DNA of 64,000 nt from Macrostomum lignano (lineage: Eukaryota). Numbering within the stretch: position 1 is the stretch's first letter; each line of letters opens with the position of its first letter. Position numbers and translations under genes: made by a program. This document shows, piece after piece, positions 47,906 to 59,978 of the stretch. The notes beneath the pieces are model-generated. The model was not told the origin of the DNA, made no database searches, and saw only the letters and a program-made list of their open reading frames with translations. Location of the stretch: the NCBI GenBank assembly GCA_002269645.1, contig NIVC01001849.1:1-64000 (forward strand), read 5' to 3'.

Positions 47906-48313
47906 TACGAAGTGTACAAATACGAGCCAAATCCCTACGTGGACTTCACGAACTACATTAGAAGCCACGAGTGGATCACCGACGGTCAGGAAGAATTCAC
48001 TGTGCGGCCGTCCCAGCGAGAACGCCAGCTAAAATCCCGGATGAAGTGCAAGAAAATCACCACGCTTGACCGGAACGGAACTAAACACACCAGAATCTAT
48101 CAGACCCTGGTTTACAAGATTCGGATGCGACGTAATCCGGCTTTCTACCTGTCAATTCTTGTGCTGCCCTGCATTCTGTTGTCCTGCCTCACCTGGGTCA
48201 TCTTCTGGCTACCACCGGAATCCCCCGCAAAAATGCTACTGGGAATGAACATCTTTGTAGCCTTTTTTGTCTTGATGCTCCTGCTAGCCAAGACAACACC
48301 GAGTGCTGTTCGG
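47906..48313 (+). CDS. Cys-loop receptor coding exon 2: loops F and C, M1, M2
   Basis: Acceptor tcccacag|TAC at 47905/47906 (phase 0). [20 protein letters not shown] (M1) and [29 protein letters not shown] (M2). Donor CGG|gtgagt at 48313/48314. Confidence 0.96.
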
Positions 48314-48317
48314 GTGA

Positions 48318-48518
48318 GTTGGTTGGTTGGTTGGTTGGTTGGTTGGTTGGTTGGTTGGTTGGTTGGTTGGTTGGTTGGTTGGTTGGTTGGTTGGTTGGTT
48401 GGTTGGTTGGTTGGTTGGTTGGTTGGTTGGTTGGTTGGTTGGTTGGTTGGTTGGTTGGTTGGTTGGTTGGTTGGTTGGTTGGTTGGTTGGTTGGTTGGTT
48501 GGTTGGTTGGTTGGTTGG

Positions 48519-48576
<58 letters not shown>

Positions 48577-48586
48577 AATTGATTGG

Positions 48587-48657
<71 letters not shown>
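48318..48657 (+). repeat. Compound (GGTT)n-(GATT)n microsatellite filling receptor intron 2
   Basis: (GGTT)n 48318-48520, then (GATT)n to 48657; the intron is 48314-48693. Confidence 0.99.
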
Positions 48658-48660
<3 letters not shown>

Positions 48661-48693
48661 GACCTTAATTGTTCTTTGCTTCTGAATTCACAG

Positions 48694-49314
48694 GACTTCC
48701 CCTACATCGGTTATTTCTACGGCTTCAACATGGTGCTGATCACTCTGAGTACCTTTCTGGCAGCCATTGTGCTCAATTTCTACGTTCGAGCCGAGAGGCA
48801 GAAGCCAATGAACCCTATTTTGCGTCGATGGGCGGTGGAGGGCCTTGGCCGGATGTTCTTGGTGCGCCAGGCAGTGCCCCTGAAGAGCCCTGCCGAGCTC
48901 AGCGCGGCAAGCTCGACGGCAGAGGCAGCTGCCCTCCGTAGCGCAAGCCACCAGACGTTGTCGGGCGGGCTAGCCGTTAGTGCAAAGTCTGCGACAGATG
49001 ACGCCGGCGATTCGCCGATCCTTAGCATGCCGTCGGGGCCGGGTGGAATGGCTCAGTACGGCGAAGTGGAGCGGGAGGTCCGCGAGATTCGCCAATTTCT
49101 CAAGTCGTACGTTGGCCGACTAAAGGAGAAGGACAGGCGAAACATGGCCTCAATGGAGTGGCGTACTCTGGCTGTAGTGCTGGATCGCCTGTTCTTCACG
49201 GCCTACCTAATCTGCTTCTTTGCCGCAGTTATTGTGTTTATTCCTCGCGGACACGAGCCACTTGAGGACTACCTGAACTTCATGGAGAGCGACGCCTGCT
49301 ACATACCAATCTGA
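48694..49314 (+). CDS. Cys-loop receptor coding exon 3: M3, cytoplasmic loop, MA helix, M4
   Basis: Acceptor ttcacag|GAC (phase 0). [28 protein letters not shown] (M3) and [14 protein letters not shown] (MA/M4). TGA at 49312-49314. Spliced CDS 651+408+621 nt = 559 aa. Confidence 0.96.
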   Translation, partial: DFPYIGYFYGFNMVLITLSTFLAAIVLNFYVRAERQKPMNPILRRWAVEGLGRMFLVRQAVPLKSPAELSAASSTAEAAALRSASHQTLSGGLAVSAKSATDDAGDSPILSMPSGPGGMAQYGEVEREVREIRQFLKSYVGRLKEKDRRNMASMEWRTLAVVLDRLFFTAYLICFFAAVIVFIPRGHEPLEDYLNFMESDACYIPI

Positions 49315-49439
49315 TTGACATTGATTGGGTACTTACTTCTGTCCATTGGTGTGCAATGAATGAGCGTTATATGGCGTCCATTTTGATTTGTGATATCAGC
49401 TCAATATTAAATTAAAATCGGAGTGGAGCTTTCTGTATC

Positions 49440-49740
49440 GTAGAGGATTTTTAAATGATTGGAACTTACGATAGGTTATTGGAACTTCCGTGGATGTTTT
49501 TAACTCTCTGTAGATAATTGCAACTTCCGGAAGATAATTTGAGATTGCTTTGCAGACCGGTAGTTGATTAAAACTTCCGGTAGATGATTGGAATTTCCAG
49601 TACCGGTAGATGGCTGGAACGTCCGATAGTTGGTTAAAACTTTCGATAGATGATTGCAACTTCCGGAAGATAATTTGAGCTTGAGGTGGTAATTTAAAAC
49701 TTCTGGTAGGTAATTAAAAATTCCTTTTGACGATTTAAGA
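49440..49740. repeat. Degenerate short tandem repeat with an AACTTCCGG core
   Basis: Recurrent aacttccg/aacttacg/aactttcg cores about every 20 bp; ttgcaacttccggaagataatttgag appears twice (about 49517 and 49654). Confidence 0.65.
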
Positions 49741-50343
49741 CAGGTTAAAACTTTCTGTACGCAGAGTGGCGCCAGATTAACAATTACCATGACGGTAAAA
49801 GTGAAAACTCTGCGCGCTATATTTTGTGTAGTATATGAAATTGTCATTTTTTGTTTAAAATAACATTATCATCAATACTAACAGTAGATTTAGCTATTGT
49901 TTTTTGATTCCGCTGAGCGTGGTTTATACTAGTGCTTGTATGCATACAAAAAGCGCAAAAATGCTCACTTGCAAAACTTTGTGATGCTCGAGTAGGGTGT
50001 ATAAGTAGTATGCAAAGTAGATTTATTCCTTTTCTCGGTATTTCAGCAAATTTTTGTAACCGCTAAGTCTGCGAAACTTCGCTCATTTATGACTGCAGCC
50101 TACAGTACAGTGAACACACCACTAAGACTTTGTTGCACGAATTTCGAACACACGTACTATACGATGCAATATTCACTTTGTTGTGTAGTTAACTCGCCGC
50201 TCTAATATATATTGAAATACAATGCAATTTTCAAACAATGATGGCCTCTGATGATGACGACTTGATGGATTTTTTAACCACGATTAGTTGACATGGATTA
50301 ACTTCTTCTATGCCTTTATTTTGTGTGCACTGAGCAGCGCTGA

Positions 50344-50485
50344 CCATAGACAACTGGGCCTAAATGAGCGGGTCTGCTACACTCCCCCAAAATCCGATAA
50401 AGAATTTACCTAACTATGCAGAGTATCTGTAGATAAAAGCTTCACTGTACGTCTATACTGGGGCTTTTTCATTAATTGTCTATGG
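50344..50485. mobile_element. Possible MITE (142 bp) bounded by CCATAGACAA / TTGTCTATGG inverted repeats
   Basis: Perfect 10-bp inverted repeat (50344-50353 and 50476-50485), 11 of 12 when extended; no clear target-site duplication. Confidence 0.35.
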
Positions 50486-50571
50486 CCAGTCCCTTCCTTT
50501 TAAGATAAACAAGTCTGTACAGTACAGTAAGCATTTCTCCTTGATTGTTTTGCAACCAAACAAAGTGACTG

Positions 50572-51909
50572 ATGGATCAGCTGCTTACCAGCGACGAGTC
50601 TGAGTGACTCGGACGATTCCTTATCAAGTGAAGAATTTCCTGACGAAGTACTCGAAGAGGCGGGCGAAACTGTTCAGAATGAGGCTTGGAGGGTAGTGGA
50701 CGAAACCACCGATGAGAGAGCTGGACTGTTGCCGGAGTTTCTTGGTGTTCCCGGAGTGCATCTGGAGCCAGGAGTTCAAGGCGATAGCCCGCTTGATTAC
50801 TTTGGCCAGTTTCTAACCGATGAGGCGATCAACCTATTGGTTGAGTTTACCAATGCTCGAGCATGGGAGGAGCTGAGAATACTTGAAGAAGATCAGGAAG
50901 AAGGAAATCAGCAATTGCCTCCGGTTCTTTCCGACTGAAAGGACTGCTCTGCCAACGAGATCAAGAAAGTTATAGCCATCATTTTCTACATGGGAATAGT
51001 GAAAAAGCCCGAAATCCAGAGCTATTGGGCTACCAGCAAGTTTCACGAAATCAATTTTTTCAAAGTGAGAACTGCTTATCTCGCAATCGTTTCCAGAAGA
51101 TTCTGTCGTTTTTTCGGTTTTATGATTGCCGCACAGCTGATGCAGTTGACCCATTGCGCAAAACCCGGCCATTTTTGAGTTATGTACAGCAGATCTGCCA
51201 AAGAAAGTTTATGCCCGATAAAGACCTGGCCGTGGATGAAGAGCTGGTCCAGCACAAAGGCAGACTGGCTTTCAAGCAATATATCCCGACCAAACGGGCC
51301 AGGTATGGCATAAAAACCTACTGCCTATGCGATTTAAAGACCGGCTACCTTTGGAATATTCTGGTGCATTCAACAACAGACGAAAACAACAAATTCGGGA
51401 CCGAGCGACAGAGAATTCGTCGAGGTGGTCAGGTGGACGTCGTCAGCAAGCCGGTCTCCGTCCTGGACTATTCAAAGTGTGTGTGTATGGGAGGTGTCGA
51501 TAGACTGGACTCTGCACTTCAACCCAACCATCCGAACAGGAAAATGTACCGCTGGCATCAGAAGCTGGGCATCCACTTTCTGCTGCAGCTGGCGCACAAC
51601 TCCTGGATTGTGTACCACCTGTCCGGAGGATCGAAGAAGTTTTTACCATTCATGGAGAATTTGGTCGTCGCGCTGATTGACAGCTCAGGACCTGGGAAAA
51701 AGCGCTGCGTTCGCCCAGTGCCCGACGTTGGCGGAGCTGTGCACCTGCCCGGCAAGCTGCCTGCAACGCCTAGAAACCAGCGGCCCACGCGGCGCTGCCG
51801 AGTCTGCTACCGGAATGGCAGGACTAGGCGGGCAGTCTTCGTGTGTGAGCAATGCCCAGGTGAGCCCGGACTGTGCGTTCCCGGTTGCTTCCGAGAATGG
51901 CACAGCTAA
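50572..51909 (+). pseudogene. Degenerate piggyBac-family (PGBD4-like) transposase
   Basis: Motifs SPLDYFGQFLTDE, MGIVKKPEIQSYW, SRNRFQKIL, DLAVDEE, FKQYIPTKRARYGIK, KPVSVLDY...MGGVD, and a Cys-rich C-terminus CRVC...CEQCPGEPGLC...CFREWH. Frameshifts near 50600 and 51060, a TGA at 50936-50938, and the middle catalytic Asp region is missing. Confidence 0.93.
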
Positions 51910-52718
51910 GCGATTCAATGATCTGCAGCACGGATGACTTTTTCGAACTGGGTTTTTATGTTTTTTTTATAGTTATTGGTAGAATTGATTGATAGAGTAT
52001 ATTTTAGTATGCTGTAAAATAGTCTGTATGCAACAATATGTTTACGAGCTTATCAGAGTTCTCTTGGAAAGCCATATTAAATGAGCTAAGTGCCCAATAG
52101 ACCCTAGCAACATAAAACTTTGCACGTCCATGTGACTCAGCTATGCGACTTATTATTTTTAGTCGGAATAGAAAACTTTATAATTTTTGCACCTTGTCTA
52201 TGCAGTAATTTATCTCAAAATGTTTCGTTAAAACTATTTTAGCCTTCGGGTTTGATGCTTCCAGGATATAATTTTGTAGCTGTGTAATGGTTTATTAACC
52301 AAATTTTAATATATATTCCTTCTTTAAATGGCTTTTTCATATGCGCTCGTACTATAACAACCATAAAGCTATCCCCATTCGAAATTCAGAGTGTAAATTA
52401 TACGCAAAAATGGCTCGATGCGTAAGGAAATTTATAAAGTGAATTTTAGCCGCATTTTTTGTATTTACATGTAAGGATAACTCTGATTATTATAAAAATA
52501 TTCATGCCTGTTTTGAGATTGAGACTCAAATAAAACGTTCTACAATTTTTCTGTTGATCTCATTCACTTTAAACTCAATGGTCAGCCACGCTGTTCATTC
52601 GGATTTTCACGCAGTGTTGCCAGTGCAGGCCACGCTTAACTGTCATGACCATAGACTATCGGACTGGTAAAAAGTGCTGATAGTTAGCCACGCTATCCAT
52701 TGGTTTTCTAGGGGTTAA
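50572..52718 (+). mobile_element. piggyBac-like DNA transposon remnant (right end tentative, left end not found)
   Basis: Transposase remnant plus a candidate terminus ...TTTTCTAGGGG|TTAA at 52714/52715-52718; GCCACGCT occurs three times just inside it. Confidence 0.5.
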
Positions 52719-53402
52719 AACGATTCTAAAATTGGTAACCATTTTCACCCATTTCCGGGTCGAAGTTCCGCTTCTCTTATCTCTAACCCTTCAGCTTTAT
52801 CGACCTTCCGAATTCTCAGACTGATTAAAAGTCAAGGAAGAAATACTGAAAAGCACATTAGTTTGTTTTCCAAAAGGATGGTAGCTTATGCAGCAAAAAT
52901 TAGACCAATTGCCCAGTGCAAACGCTCTCGAGCAGCAGCGTTTATTAGCCAGATAATTCTTGTGAAGAATAATAAAAATCTCTCGCATTAAAGGATCCGA
53001 TCCTTCTTTTAACGAAGAGATCAAAATTGAAACAGTTTCAATATGGCTGTTAGAAGGCGAATAGAGATCAAAAAGTAGGGTTAGCGCTGAAAGCAGTAAA
53101 TTACGAGGCTTTAACTTTTTCAAATACTGGTAGTTTCAGAACCATGCACACTTACGTATACAAAATTTCAAATAAAATTTTTAAAAACGAAGAAAAACAA
53201 ATAAAACTTATTTTTTGTTATTAAAACACAGAAAAGCAATGGTTTGAGCATAATATTTGTCTTTAAAGGTGTTTTAATAAACAGTCAAGCACTAAAGCAT
53301 TTTAGAGATTTGGGATCATCAGATTGAAGATGTAGCCTTCAGTTCACATTTTTTTCTAAGCTTTTTGAACAAAAGCAATAAATTTAAAACCTTTCTACGG
53401 TG

Positions 53403-53493
53403 ATTGACAGCAGTGCTGTATTGACAGCAATGCTTTATTGAGAGTAGTGCTGTATTGACAGCAGTACTGTATTGACAGTAGTACTGTATTGAC
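53403..53493. repeat. Short tandem repeat of about 18 bp (GTATTGACAGCAGTRCT) in the tubulin 3' region
   Basis: About 5 copies. Confidence 0.8.
53434..53439 (-). terminator. Candidate polyadenylation signal AATAAA of the alpha-tubulin gene
   Basis: tttatt on the + strand, about 155 nt downstream of the TGA on the - strand. Confidence 0.5.
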
Positions 53494-53594
53494 ATGTGGG
53501 AATAGGGAAGACAGTCTATCCGTGAATAGGCAAATAAAAAGTGACGTCACTCGATGCTCACAAATCTCGAGCACCCCATCAGTGAATCAGCTGA

Positions 53595-54115
53595 TCAGTA
53601 CTCCTCCGGCTCCTCCTCGCCATTGGCGGCCGTGTCGTATCCGACTTCCTCGTAGTCCTTCTCCAGGGCCGCCAGGTCCTCTCGGGCCTCGGCGAACTCG
53701 CCCTCCTCCATGCCCTCGCCGACGTACCAGTGTACGAAGGCTCGCTTCGAGTACATCAGATCGAACTTGTGATCCAGACGGCTGAAAGCCTCAACAATAG
53801 CCGTTGTGTTGCTCAGCATGCACAGGGCGCGGGGCACCTTGGCCAGGTCGCCTCCGGGAATGGTAGTGGGAGGCTGGTAGTTGATGCCCACCTTGAAGCC
53901 GGTTGGGCACCAGTCGACGAATTGGATGCCACGGCGAGTCTTGATTGTGGCGATGGCGGCGTTGACGTCCTTGGGGACGACGTCGCCGCGGTACAGCATG
54001 CAGCAGGCCATGTACTTGCCGTTGCGCGGGTCGCACTTCACCATCTGGTTCTGCGGATCGAAGGCGGCCGTGGTGATGTCCGCCACTGTCAGGGCCTCGT
54101 GACGGGCCTTCTCGG
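53595..54115 (-). CDS. TUBA: Alpha-tubulin exon 5 (A278 to C-terminal Y450)
   Basis: Acceptor cag at 54118-54116, phase 1. AEKARHEAL...[24 protein letters not shown]...[16 protein letters not shown]...GEEEPEEY then TGA. Confidence 0.98.
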
Positions 54116-54229
54116 CTGCGGATGGTTGAGGGTGAGCGAAGGGATTCGTAATTTGGTGTCTCACTGGGTTCTGTGCTAGGCTCTGGGAAATATTTGCTAA
54201 TGGATTTTGGAATAAGCTGATCAAGGGAC

Positions 54230-54760
54230 TCACCGAAGGATTCGTCATGGATTCATCAAAGGAATCGTCAAGGGAATTCATCGAGGGATTCATCAAAGGA
54301 ACCTTCAAGGGATTCATCAAGGGATTCGTCAAGGGATTCATCAAGGGATTCATCAACGGATTCATCAAGGGATTCATCAAGGAATCGTCAAGGGTTCATC
54401 GAGGGATTCATCAAAGGAACCTTCAAGGGATTCATCAAGGGATTCATCAAAGGAATCGTCAAGGGATTCATCAAGGAATTCACGAAGGGATTCTCGAAGG
54501 ATTCGTCAAGAGATTCATCAAGGGATTCATCAAGGGATTCATCAAGGGATTCATCAAGGGATTCGTCAAGGGATTCATCAAGGGATTCATCAAGGGATTC
54601 ATCAAGGGATTCATCAAGGGATTCATCAAGGGATTCATCGAGGGATTCATCAAAGGAACCTTCAAGGGATTCATCAAGGGATTCATCAAGGGATTCATCA
54701 AAGGAATCGTCAAGGGATTCATCAAGGAATTCACGAAGGGATTTTCGAAGGATTCGTCAA
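54230..54760. repeat. 12-bp minisatellite (AAGGGATTCATC) in tubulin intron 4
   Basis: About 44 units with larger internal duplications; source of the MNPL and GFIK ORFs. Confidence 0.96.
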
Positions 54761-55314
54761 GAGATTTTCAGATAAGTTAATACTCATCAATAGGAAATAT
54801 ACGAGGACGGGTAGTGATATACAGGACGGGTAGGTATACGGGTAATGAGTCACACAAATTTTTAAAAAATTTGGTTTGAATTCGATACGAAGAACTGCGC
54901 CCCGACCAACTATCAAAACTACTCGTAAAATTGGTAAACAAAGGATAGCCAGGCCCCACGTTGGCACCCGAATTCAAACGGTACCAAATTGCTATTTTTA
55001 GCCCAGTGTTTACATTCCACGTCAGTAATGTAGCCGGATTTCAGTTCAAAGCCATTTTTCTGTAGGTACAGATGTTATAGCGATGAAAGTCTACCTCGCT
55101 ACAAACAGAATATATAGCATTTAGCGAACATCAGTAGGTATACTTGCTGGTAAACAGTCCCAACTAGTGGCTGAGGGGTCTGACCTGTGAGGTATAGATA
55201 TAACTGACTAATTGAACTATGCACGATATGTATATATATCTCTGAATGAAAACAGCAACTGCATCTGCGGTCAAATTTACTTTCACTCTCGCTGTACTTA
55301 CTGTCATTCCAGCG

Positions 55315-55645
55315 TCGCTCTCAGTGCCACTCTCAGTGTCACTCTCAGTGTCACTATCAGTGTCCCCCTGCGTCACACTCGGCGTCACTCTGTGTCATTA
55401 TCAGTCTCTCTCTGTGTCACTCTCAGTGCCACTCTCAGTGTCACTCTTAGTGTCACTCTTAGTGTCACTATCAGTGTCACTCCCTGTGTCACTCTCAGTG
55501 CCACTCTCAGTGTCACTCTTTGTGTCACTCCCTGTGTCATTCTCAGTATCACTCTTAGTGTCACCATCAGTGTCTCTCCCTGGGTCACTATCAATGTCAC
55601 TCTCAGTGTCACTTTTTAGTGTCACTCCTTGTGTCACTCTCAGTG
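55315..55645. repeat. 12-bp minisatellite (TCACTCTCAGTG) in tubulin intron 4
   Basis: About 27 degenerate units starting about 35 bp inside the donor. Confidence 0.92.
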
Positions 55646-55678
55646 TTTTATAACCGTGTCACAGATCGAGCCTCTCAC

Positions 55679-55982
55679 CGGAGATGATGGGCGCGTACGT
55701 GACCAGCGGGAAGTGGATTCTCGGATACGGCACCAGGTTGGTCTGGAACTCGGTCAGGTCGACGTTCAGGGCGCCATCGAAGCGCAGAGAGGCCGTTATT
55801 GAGCTCACGATCTGGGCGATGAGGCGATTCAGATTCATGTAGGAGGGCCGCTCGATGTCCAGGTTGCGCCTGCAGAGGTCGTAGATGGCCTCGTTGTCCA
55901 CCATGAATGCGCAGTCGGAGTGCTCCAGAGTAGTGTGGGTAGTCAGCACGGAGTTGTAAGGCTCTACCACGGCGGTTGACAC
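55679..55982 (-). CDS. TUBA: Alpha-tubulin exon 4 (V177 to S277)
   Basis: Acceptor cag at 55985-55983; [13 protein letters not shown]...[20 protein letters not shown]; donor G|gtgag at 55679/55678. Confidence 0.98.
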
Positions 55983-56099
55983 CTGGAAATTTGGGCGGGT
56001 GACGGTGCAGAAGCAGTTTTTGTCTGTGTTAGGCATCTGGTCATATCTTCTTGCCATATGTTTCGCAGTTTCACCTGTCCCGCTTTCCAAACACTTGTC

Positions 56100-57030
56100 C
56101 CTCTCTCTTACCCTCTCTTCTATCCTCTCCCTCCCTTCTACCCTCTCTTCTATCCTCTCCCTCCCTTCTACCCTCTCTTCTATCCTCTCCCTCCCTTCTA
56201 CCCTCTCTTCTATCCTCTCCCTCCCTTCTACCCTCTCTTCTATCCTCTCCCTCTCGATCTCTCTCCTACCCTCTCTTCTATCCTCTCCCTCCCTTCTATC
56301 CTCTCCCTCTCTCCTACCCTCTCTTCTATCTTCTATCCTCTCCCTCCCTTCTACCCTCTCTTCTATCCTCTCCCTCTCTCCTACCCTCTCTTCTATCTTC
56401 TATCCTCTCCCTCCCTTCTACCCTCTCTTCTATCCTCTCCCTCTCGATCTCTCTCCTACCCTCTCTTCTATCCTCTCCCTCCCTTCTACCCTCTCTTCTA
56501 TCCTCTCCCTCTCTCCTACCCTCTCTTCTATCTTCTATCCTCTCCCTCCCTTCTACCCTCTCTTCTATCCTCTCCCTCTCTCCTACCCTCTCTTCTATCT
56601 TCTATCCTCTCCCTCCCTTCTACCCTCTCTTCTATCCTCTCCCTCTCGATCTCTCTCCTACCCTCTCTTCTATCCTCTCCCTCCCTTCTACCCTCTCTTC
56701 TATCCTCTCCCTCTCTCCTACCCTCTCTTCTATCTTCTATCCTCTCCCTCCCTTCTACCCTCTCTTCTATCCTCTCCCTCTCGATCTCTCTCCTACCCTC
56801 TCTTCTATCCTCTTCCTCTCCATTTCTCTCCTACCCTCTCTTCTATCCTCTCCCTCTCCATTTCTCTCCTACCCTCTCTTCTATCCTCTCCCCCTCTCTT
56901 ACCCTCTCTTCTATCCTCTCCCTCCCTTCTACCCTCTCTTCTATCCTCTTTCTCCCTTCTACCCTCTATTCTATCCTCTCCCTCCCTTCTACCCTCTCTT
57001 CTATCCTCTCCCTCTTTCCTACCCTCTCTT
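56100..57030. repeat. CT-rich minisatellite of about 27 bp (CCCTCTCTTCTATCCTCTCCCTCCCTTCTA-type) in tubulin intron 3
   Basis: Patterned repeats with recurring ctcgatctct variants. Confidence 0.95.
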
Positions 57031-57096
57031 ATTTCACTGTCTTCCTATCTTGTACCCGCTCATATTTTCAAATTAATATTCCCCTATCAGTCTCAC

Positions 57097-57398
57097 CCTA
57101 GGCGCCGGGTAGATGGCGAACTCCAGCTTAGACTTCTTGCCGTATTCAACAGACAGGCGCTCCATGAGCAGGGAGGTGAAGCCGGAGCCGGTGCCGCCGC
57201 CGAAGCTGTGGAACACCAGGAAGCCCTGCAGGCCGGAGCAGCTGTCAGCGGTTTTTCTCAGCCGGTCGATGACCAGATCAATCATCTCCTTGCCGACTGT
57301 GTAGTGACCACGGGCGTAGTTGTTAGCCGCGTCCTCCTTGCTGCTGATGAGCTGCTCCGGGTGGAACAGCTGCTTCGAGGCCGAGTTCTTGATCGTGT
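57097..57398 (-). CDS. TUBA: Alpha-tubulin exon 3 (D76 to R176)
   Basis: Acceptor cag at 57401-57399; [23 protein letters not shown] and the GTP-binding signature GGGTGSG; donor AGG|gtgag. Confidence 0.98.
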
Positions 57399-57447
57399 CT
57401 GGTGCATGTGACGGGAGGAGGGTGAAACAGTCTTGAGGCCTTGACTG

Positions 57448-58507
<1,060 letters not shown>

Positions 58508-58520
58508 CCTCTCTACTCAC

Positions 58521-58743
58521 CAATAACAGTCGGCTCCAGATCAACGAACAGCGCTCGCGGCACATTCTTCCCTGAGCTGGTCTCCTGGAAGAACGTATTG
58601 TAGGAGTCGTCTCCCTGGCCGAGGGTTGTGTCCGGCCTGGCGATGCCGTCCGGCCCGATGCCGTGCTCCAGGCAGTACAGCTCCCAGCAGGCGTTGCCGA
58701 TCTGCACACCAGCCTGGCCTACATGGATGGAGATGCACTCGCG
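58521..58743 (-). CDS. TUBA: Alpha-tubulin exon 2 (R2 to I75)
   Basis: Acceptor ccgcag|CGC; [28 protein letters not shown]; donor G|gtgagt at 58521/58520. Confidence 0.98.
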
Positions 58744-58814
58744 CTGCGGGTCCGAGTACGGGCGGTTTTCGGGCGTGGCTCGGAGAAGTGGGATAAAAAG
58801 TAACTGAGAAAGAG

Positions 58815-59050
58815 ACAGAAGCAGAGATTAGAACAGACAGAAGCAGAGATTAGAACAGACAGAAGCAGAGATTAGAACAGACAGAAGCAGAGATTAGAAC
58901 AGACAGAAGCAGAGATCAGAACAGACAGAAGCAGAGATCGGAACAGAGAGAAGCAGAGATCAGAACAGACAGAAGCAGAGATCGGAACAGACAGAAGCAG
59001 AGATCGGAACAGACAGAAGCAGAGATCAAAACAGACAGAAGCAGAGATCG
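58815..59050. repeat. 22-bp minisatellite (AGACAGAAGCAGAGATYRGAAC) in tubulin intron 1
   Basis: About 10 copies ending about 10 bp from the donor. Confidence 0.95.
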
Positions 59051-59061
59051 GTCCAACTTAC

Positions 59062-59064
59062 CAT
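59062..59064 (-). CDS. TUBA: Alpha-tubulin exon 1 (ATG only)
   Basis: caATG|gtaagt on the - strand; an intron straight after the start codon is typical of animal alpha-tubulins. Spliced CDS 3+223+302+304+521 = 1353 nt = 450 aa plus stop. Confidence 0.9.
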
Positions 59065-59509
59065 TGTAGAATTAAGCGGGACACAAAGCTGAACTGTCAG
59101 GGGTCGCGCAAAGACACACGAAATGAAGTTCCGCAGTTATTATTTCAACCTACAGCTTATCGTGCGGCTTCCATCGGCTGCTGTAAAATTTATCTAGACC
59201 AGGTAAGCAGAGAGAGCGGGCGGGCTGGCTTGGTGAGGGTGAGGGTGATAGGATTGGCTGGCTGGATGCAAAAGAGGCTGGACCGAACGAACACCGTCGA
59301 GTACCGAATTCCTCTGCGCCTTCATCGTCCCCCACTTCCCAAGCAAAAACTGCCCGGCAACCCCTTGAAAATATTTGCCGCAGCAGAGGGCGTCTGTCAG
59401 CTTTCGGATGCCGCAATAGGCAATACCTGGCTGAGTCATGGCTGGCGTCCGGACATTCCCTCCGTGGAGCTCTAAATATAAAGCTTTGGAGTGGATAACC
59501 TGGATTTGA

Positions 59510-59978
59510 GGGCCTGCGACGCTAAAATGAGTGCCTGTGGCGCTAAAATGAGTGCCTGTGGCGCTAAAATGAGTGCCTGTGGCGCTAAAATGAGTGCCTG
59601 TGGCGCTAAAATGAGTGCCTGTGGCGCTAAAATGAGTGCCTGTGGCGCTAAAATGAGTGCCTGCGGCGCTAAAATGAGTGCCCGTGGCGCTAAAATGAGT
59701 GCCTGTGGCGCTAAAATGAGTGCCCGTGGCGCTAAAATGAGTGCCTGTGGCGCTAAAATGAGTGCCCGTGGCGCTAAAATGAGTGCCCATGACGCTAAAA
59801 TGAGTGCTTGCAGCGCTAAAATGAATGCATATGGCGCTAAAATGAGTGCCCGTGGCGCTAAAATGAGTGCCTGCGGCGCTAAAATGAGTGCCTGCGGCGC
59901 TAAAATGAGTGCCTGCGGCGCCAAAATGAGTTCCCGCAGCGCTAAAATGAGTGCCCGCAGCGCTAATATGAGTGCCTG
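59510..59978. repeat. 21-bp minisatellite (GCCYGYGGCGCTAAAATGAGT) upstream of the tubulin gene
   Basis: About 22 copies; source of the KMSACGA, ATGTHFS and APQALIL ORFs. Confidence 0.97.

Noticed and set aside
49300-50570. Left terminal inverted repeat of the piggyBac element
   Set aside because: No TTAA followed by CCCCTAGAAAA matching the candidate right end; the TTAA sites near 50189 and 50274 have no downstream partner that I could find.
54116-54380. N-terminal MNPL extension of the tubulin ORF 53595-54380
   Set aside because: It is read-through into the intron 4 repeat; the acceptor at 54116 joins exon 4 in frame.
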